64,000 nucleotides of DNA from an uncultured Methanosarcinaceae archaeon (GTDB taxonomy: Archaea; Halobacteriota; Methanosarcinia; Methanosarcinales; Methanosarcinaceae). Position numbers and translations under genes: made by a program. Position 1 is the stretch's first letter. Each line of letters starts with the position of its first letter. Below the pieces are notes generated by a model, which ran no database searches, was not told the origin of the DNA, and saw nothing but the letters and a program-made list of their open reading frames with translations. The stretch spans positions 1-64,000 of the forward strand of contig CAWHXP010000002.1 in assembly GCA_963833425.1 (NCBI GenBank), in the 5' to 3' direction. Shown one piece after another: positions 55,771-64,000 of the stretch.

Positions 55771-56991
55771 TTTGATTTTAAACATTCTAATCTGAAAATA
55801 TCTCTCTTTCCATAATATCTAATAGACTGAAAGTCCAAAGTAATGTCTTGAACCTAGTTTTGAGATCCACTATTTAAAGGTCTTCACAATTTATTTTTGA
55901 AATGAAGATTTAAATCTAAGAGTTTATTTTATAAATATTTCTTACTGTAGTACTCCTTATAACCTGCATAATTCTAAAAAAATATTTTGTTCCTTCGATA
56001 TTTGATGTTATAAACAGACTGATTTGCATACCGTAGTTCTATTTTTATGGTAAAAAGTTAACTTAAAATATAACTCAATTAATTAATAAGGTTCTCTGGT
56101 ATTTTCTATCTTCACTGCAAGCTGTGGGGTAGTAAATCAGAATAATTCAAATGCAACAATTAGTAAGAAATGTTTTGACAAGAGTACCAGAAGAAAAAAA
56201 ATAAGATGTAAATCTGAATCCTCTATATTTATTAAATATCAATGTTTTTGGTTTTAGGTATCTGAAAAGATTTTTTTAAACGATAAATCTGACATTCTTT
56301 GGATGCGCACATGTGTAAAATGTCGGATATGGCAATGAATATCAAAAAATCATTTAGTGTAGGATACGCATAATTTCTAATTCTGGAATCCATAATATTG
56401 TATTTTTATAGGCGGTTACAAAAAAAATGGAATTAAGATATATAAATTAAGTTTTTTTCTTGTGAACTAATGAGGATAAATAGGAAACTAATAAGGAGTA
56501 ATCAAATTAGAGTAGTCATTCGAAGCTAGGGGTCGTATTCAAGAATATGGCAAGTTGGAAAGTGGGGTAAAGCATGGAAGAAAGAAAAGAAGTAAAAAGT
56601 TTTTCCTTGTTTTCCTTCATTGATTGGAGTTAGTTCCAGAGGAATTGATGTAAATTTTAGTGATTAAATGGGATATTAAAAGTCTTTGATCTTATGATAT
56701 ATTCTTGGAAATTATAATTTGAAGATATTAATTTTATTATAATTTGAAATTTGGTTTTTGAGGATGAATGTGTACTTTTGTGCAGATGCCTAAACAAAAT
56801 CGAAAAATAGAAGTTCTTAAGCAAAAATATGGCTTAAATCATACATAGACCCAAATAAATATGGTTTTGTAAAGATTGGATAAAATAAGGATAAAATTTA
56901 AACTGAAGTCCGCATTAAGGTATTTTAATATTTGCAGTTAAAACTCAGAAGTAAAAATAAAAAAGTGGTAAGGAAAAATTTCTTGTTATCA

Positions 56992-58220
56992 TCAGACCGT
57001 TATAGAACTATGTAGCTTGTATTCTGTCTCACATACTTCTTTTGTATCCCTTGCAATGGTAAGTTCTTCATTAGTTGGGATAACAAGAACTCTTACTTTC
57101 GAATCTGGTGTGCTGATATCGATTTCCTGACCTCTGATTTTGTTCTTTTCATCGTCAATCTTTATACCTAGGCCTTCAAGACCGGAAAGAATTCTCTTTC
57201 TTATGGTTGCGCTGTTTTCTCCGATACCTGCGGTAAAGACCACAGCGTCTGCGCCATTTAGCACGGCTGAATACTCACCTATAAATTTTTTAATCTTGTA
57301 AGCAAAGACTTCAAGGGCAAGTTCTGCTCTCTGGTTACCATTGGAAGCTGCTTCGTCAAGGTCTCTGAAATCGTTGCTTATTCCAGAGATCCCGAGTACT
57401 CCGGATTTTTTATTCATAAGGTTGTCAACTTCTCTGGTTGAAAGCCCTTCTTTTTCCATAATGAATGGAACTACAGCTGGGTCGATGGAACCGCATCTGG
57501 TCCCCATTGCGACTCCCTCTAGAGGGGTAAAGCCCATGCTGGTCTCAACGGATTTTCCACCCTTTACAGCGGTAATACTTGAACCGTTCCCAAGATGGCA
57601 GGTTATAACTTTAACATCCTTTGCAGGTTTCCCGAGCATAGCGGCAGCTCTTCTGGAAACGTACATATGAGAGGTACCATGGAAACCGTATTTCCTAACT
57701 CCATGTTTCTCGTACAAATCGTATGGTAGAGCATACATGTAGGCGTATGCAGGTAATGTCATATGGAATGCAGTATCAAATACAGCTACCATCGGTATGC
57801 TAGGCATGATCTCAGCACAGGCAGTTATCCCCATCATGTTTGGAGGGTTATGGAGAGGAGCTAGTTCAAAGCAATCTTTGATCGCCTTTTCCACATTAGT
57901 CGTCGATTAAAGCAGAAGTCGTGAATTGCTCTCCACCGTGCACAACCCTGTGCCCGACTGCATTTATTTCGTGTCATATCTTTGATTACGCCGAATTCTG
58001 AGTCGGTGAGAGCTTTTACGACTTCCTCGAGGGCTATCTTGTGATTGGGTAGATCAGTTTGCATTTCAAGCTTCTTGCCATCGAATCTTTTCTGGGTAAT
58101 AATTCAATTATTGATCCCTATCCTCTCACAGAGACCTACTGCAAGGGCGGATTCATTAGTCATATCAATTAATTGGTATTTGAGAGACGAGCTCCCTGCA
58201 TTTATTACAAGTACCTTCAT
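56992..58220 (-). CDS. ackA: Acetate kinase; as sequenced has an in-frame TGA at codon 39 and two frameshifts
   Basis: [57 protein letters not shown]. Confidence 0.93.
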
Positions 58221-58323
58221 GTATATACACCAGTTTAATTCATTGCTTTTAAGTCACGTTCACAGTTTTTCAGTTGAATATAGTTTATAAAATTTGTAAA
58301 GCACTTTCTTTATGCATTCTCAA

Positions 58324-59409
<1,086 letters not shown>

Positions 59410-59583
59410 TCAAAGATGACTATATATCCTTGTCTGCTAACCTGCTATACTTATTTTCAAACATTTATATTCAAAATTAATAAGAGCATACCATTTTTTT
59501 TTCAATGAAATATGGTCTTGTTTTAATTAACAATTAAAATTTAGATAATTTAGATAACCACAATTTTTGGCTGATTTATTATA

Positions 59584-60718
59584 GAGAATTTCGATAACCT
59601 CCATGCTCTTGAGCATGGTTGGCTTTAAATTTGTCAATATTTATGTATATTCATGAAAACTCTTACTGATTTTGCTCTTAAAGAAGAGTATAAACGTCTT
59701 GAATCTGTTGGAGATAAGCTTGCTGAAATTGCTTCCTGAATTGATTGGAAAAAGTTTCGTATTATTCTTGAGTCTATGTCTATTAACAAAACCGTTTCAT
59801 GAGGGCGACCTGAAACTGATGTCATTGTGATGTTCAAAATGCTTGTTTTACAACAATGGCATGGGCTCTCTGATTTTGAACTTAAGAAACAGTGTATAGA
59901 TCGAATTTCTTTTAGGAAATTCCTTGGATTTCCGGAATACATACCTGGCAGTACTATTGTATGGCTATTTAGGGAGAGAATTATCGAGAATTTCAAAGAA
60001 AATATGGGGAAAGTTGCAAAGCCAACTTGATGCTCTGAGTTTACAGATAAAGCAGGGAATGATTCAGGATGCTACTTTTATCCATTCAGATCCAGGGCAC
60101 GCAAAAGCAGAGAGATGAGGCAAAAACAAGAAGAAGCAGAGATGGAACATTGACAAAGAAGGGAGGTAAGTCTCACTTTGGATATAAGCTTCATAATACA
60201 ATAGACAGAGATTATGAGCTGATCAGAAGATTCAAAACAACAACTGCGTAAGTACATGATTCGTATGTAGATTTGACAGAGGAAAATGAAGTGGTTTATA
60301 GGGACAGAGGATACTTTGGAGCAAAAACGAAAGGGTATAATGCAACAATGAAAAGAGCGGTCAAAGGACATACTCTGGGAATAAAGAATTTATTAAGAAA
60401 TAAGGGAATTGGCTCAAAAAGAGTCCCATGAGAAGGAGTTTATTCAGTAACTAAAGAAATTTTCAAAGCAGGAAGAGTTTTTGTTACTACTGTTAAAAGA
60501 GTAAATCTAAAAATGTTGTGTACGGCTTTTTGTTATAATCTCCATCAATTGAGGACATTGAAAATAAAAAAAGTATATTGAAGATAGCGGAAGCTATCTT
60601 TAAAATCAAAGAATTGAGAATAAAGTAAAGCCAAAAAGAGGAATTAAATAGAGAAATTGAGGGGAAGATCTGAGAAATTCCTGCTAAGAAATAAAATCCG
60701 AAATTTATCGAAATCCTC
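59584..60718 (+). mobile_element. IS5-family insertion sequence, inactive
   Basis: TIRs GAGAATTTCGATAA / TTATCGAAATCCTC flanked by TA on both sides. Confidence 0.9.
59653..60580 (+). pseudogene. IS5 transposase pseudogene
   Basis: MKTLTDFALKEEYKRL, KMLVLQQWHGLSD, IQDATFI, SHFGYKLH, VYRDRGY; multiple stops and frameshifts. Confidence 0.88.
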
Positions 60719-61325
60719 TATAAAGTATAGAGCAATTTGTTGGCATCGGCGTTTTATCAAAATTGTCTAAAATATAAATAACAAATTAATATAAAAAAAT
60801 TCCGAAAGGCGTGTTGCAAAAAAGTATCGTAACTGTCACACTACAAAAGCATTTGTAGATGTCAACTTTAGTTCAATAAATACTTCTGATTACTAACTGA
60901 TGGCTAAATAAAAACGTGATCAATAGCAGATAGTTGGATAAAATAAGCTCATTTAAATCTGCTCATGATCTATTAAGACGGCTGTATGCATTGGTTCCTC
61001 GGACAGATTGGTCATAAAAAAGAAATCAAAGGCGGATTGATGAGTTACTGATACCTTTCCAAAAAAATGGATTGATGATAGAGTGTTTGTTTTGAGGTTA
61101 ACTTTTCTATTAAGAAGGTGGGGTTCCGAAAAGTATGGGATTTATCTTGAAATAATTTATGATGCAATAGAAAAATTTATTTTTAGCCAAGTCGGATACC
61201 CGCACTTGCTGCGGGGATGGAAATTTCTCAAAGTAATGTTATCAACTAACTCTATTATAATTTTAAGCTATTTCGCACTATAAAAATGGAACTACATCAT
61301 GGAGATCATTGTGTCTATAAAAATA

Positions 61326-61413
61326 GGGGATTTCGATAAACTTCTAATTCCTCCAATTCATATGCATGCTATTTATGGGTTTATATGAAATGTAGATGTT
61401 TACAGAAATTCTC
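61326..61413. mobile_element. ~90-bp MITE with IS5-type ends
   Basis: GGGGATTTCGATAAAC...GTTTACAGAAATTCTC. Confidence 0.65.
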
Positions 61414-62791
61414 TTAACTACATATGCTCCAAATCTGATAAACATAATATTTTGATTTTGTTGCAATATTCCTCGAGAATGATCATATAAATATTTTTTT
61501 CGTGATAAGATGCATTGATGCAATCATCAACGAAGATTTAGTTCTCACATGTTTTCATGGTGATTAGTGGTCTTTGAATGAGATTGTTTTCATTCGATGG
61601 AATAAACTCTCTCATGTTTATTCGATTGCGTTGGTATTTTATTGATGCTTCGCACACGATATCTTGGTAATGTTTTGATACAGAGTGAACATTATTCTTG
61701 TAGACCCCGCATCCATAAAGGTACGAAAAATGTTTGCAAGCATAGTGAACCCTTGATCTCGATTTTCACATAATTTATGAGAGTCTTAATACAGTATTAA
61801 ATACATTTTTTGACTTTAATTCTAATTCAGGACTAAAATTCAGGCTTATGTTTTAGAGAATGTAGGGAGCTTTTTCATCCCATATAATGGTATAAATGGA
61901 GGTGTCATTTGTGGGAAATAAAAATTAGTTAAGTATTGGAATTATATGTAATTTATTCATCTTTGAAAAAAGCAGTATTATATACATCTATATTCACAAT
62001 TTAATGGCCAAGTTATTTGATCTCAGTTTCTCAAAATTGTTGGCTAATGCTAACGTTTTTTATTTTTTAATTGTTAGGAATTATACATTTTTAGAACTAA
62101 AAATCGATTGATTTTTTTTAGGTAACTGCCAAATTAAGTTAATTTTATAATTCTCTTTTGCAATTAGGTACTCATTCACTCTTTGAACTGTGGAAGCAAA
62201 ACTATTTGATAGATTTTATTTCTTAATTTTTAACTGCTCAATACAGCCAGTGATCGCATACAAAATGTTTTCGATGTTCACATCTATGTGTCTTACTCCT
62301 ATTTTTTACTTTGAAAACTCCCCATGGATATCAAAACTCACATGGATCTGTTACCATTTATTCCTCTTCTGACAAGGATGTAGGAGATAGAAAACGGTGC
62401 CAGTATGAAAACGACTTGGCAAAATATCAGCTTACTATCTGATAGACTACCTAACTTATGAAGGAACAAAATTTAGGAGAATTATTGCTGTCATAATTAT
62501 ATATTCTATGGTTATTTAATATAATGAATGTTTGTTGGGTTTTTATAATCATATTAATATATAAATATTTGTATAATATTTGGTCTCTAAATTCTAATTG
62601 TTATAGATGTTGATTAGACATTTTAGGAAATGTTAGTGTATTTAGTTCAATTACGCGAATAAAAAAACTAGTTTGGAAATAAGTTATTATTAGACTGAAA
62701 AAGGGATAATAGGTCATTATTTAATTAAACTGGTTCAAAAACAGCATAATTTAAGCAAAAGTTTGGGAATAAAAATTGTGAAGAAATAAGC

Positions 62792-63190
62792 ATGAAGCCG
62801 ATTAAATATTTAATTTGCCTATTTACTCTGTCGGTTGTGTTGATTTCGGTTGTTCTTGCAGAAGCGAACACCCCTCCCACACAGCGAGTAGTTAATAGCA
62901 AAGGGCAAAATTGGTATATGACAGGTGATAAATTAGATTCCAGCAATAAATCCTGGAATAATACTGTTGCATGGGTAGATTATCAAAATATTCTGCACTT
63001 AATTATTGTTAAAGGCACAAACATAATTTATAGTATTGAATTGAACCCCAGTGATGTAAAAATCACATCCATGCAGGCAAACGGGAAGGTTATAGCAAAC
63101 TATGAGCTTATTCCAAAATTAGTTTTATTCCCGATCAGTAGAAGTTTTAGAACTATTTTTCGTAATTGGAAACTTTGGTTGTGTTCATGA
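62792..63190 (+). pseudogene. Truncated secreted protein (N-terminus resembles GH16-like cell-surface proteins)
   Basis: Signal peptide, then PPTQRVV..KGQNWY...WNN..AWVD.QN.LHL.IVK, after which the sequence loses protein-like character. Confidence 0.45.
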
Positions 63191-63617
63191 GTTGTTGAAA
63201 ATCTTAAACATAAGTCAATATCCATATTTCCCAAGATAAGAATACTACTCATTTTTCCCGATTTGATCAATAACTAAAGGACACTATTTGATATCAAGCT
63301 TACCTCTTGCTATGCCTTTAACTTTGCCAATTGTTCAAAAATCTTTACTTTCACATATTGTTTTCAGCTCAAGTATCTATTCCTAAATTTATTTAGAGGA
63401 CATATCTGAACCAGGTTTAAGAAGTAATCCTCCTTCCTTATTGCATCTATTTTACCAATAGTAGCTTATTTTTTAGTGATTCCCTCTCTGGAAGTTGCTT
63501 TCTTAATAGGATCTCATATATATAAACTGGATCAAGTATAGAGGAGTTCGGTAGTTCTTAACCTAAATATTCTCCTTCAAGATTGATGCAGATTATAAAA
63601 GTATCACATCAAAAAAT

Positions 63618-63705
63618 GAGGATTTCTACAAACCCAAATTTTTGTCTGGTTGCTTATGAGCCTTATTTAATCATTTGTTGGAATCTGAGATTTATCTAAA
63701 TTCTC
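63618..63705. mobile_element. ~90-bp MITE with IS5-type ends
   Basis: GAGGATTTCTACAAACCC...TTTATCTAAATTCTC; related to the 13528 copy. Confidence 0.62.
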
Positions 63706-64000
63706 AAAAGTCTTTAAAAAATGCTGTGGGATTAAAAACCAGTTATTGGATTGTGAACTGTGGAGTGATGCTATAACTTCCGATGTAATTAAAAAGTTGT
63801 TGGAAATTAGGAAAACCAGGTAAAAAAAGAGTCTTTAAGCAATTGAAAGTATTTGATTTACAGTAATTCCCTTATAGTCATAGCTGTTGTGCGAACATAC
63901 CCCGTTGGTTGCAGTTTGGTGGCACCTTTAGCTTTGAGTTAAATTTATAGAAATGGTTTTGGAACTAATGAGATCATCAAAGATTTGGAATCTATCGGAA

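Noticed and set aside
55800..56990. Long AT-rich gaps (also 60.7-62.7 kb) as ncRNA or replication origin
   Set aside because: No stable structure, ORB-like repeats or adjacent cdc6 recognised
58104..58106. Selenocysteine or pyrrolysine recoding in ackA
   Set aside because: The codon is TGA at a position I recall as Ser; Pyl uses TAG, and Methanosarcina are not known to use Sec

Overview
A 64-kb AT-rich archaeal window that gene content and synteny place in Methanosarcina (pta-ackA, artA-psd-pssA, aIF5A-speB, pcn-priL, archease-rtcB). It splits at a minus-strand tRNA-Thr(TGT) at 23677-23750. To the right is mostly core genome, interrupted by dead mobile elements: an IS200/IS605 tnpA+tnpB copy, an IS110 fragment, an IS5 copy and ~90-bp MITEs with IS5-type ends. 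To the left (1-23.7 kb) is accessory DNA anchored at the tRNA 3' end. A near-identical ~1.42-kb direct repeat (13620-15039 / 22324-23744) carries a pseudogenised terminase-small-subunit-like HTH gene and the tRNA itself; the left copy is a 5'-truncated pseudo-tRNA whose anticodon has changed TGT to TTT. The cargo includes a sulfatase module (arylsulfatase, anaerobic radical-SAM maturase, BASS-type transporter, relic of a second sulfatase) next to a Cache-domain pentameric ligand-gated-channel homologue. It also includes two secreted pentapeptide-periodic proteins, PRC-barrel and DUF1269 paralogues, a REC-histidine kinase and a YVTN beta-propeller. Several essential genes (pcn, priL, aglB) are frameshifted, so many single indels are probably sequencing or assembly errors. 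All family calls come from recalled motifs, not database searches.
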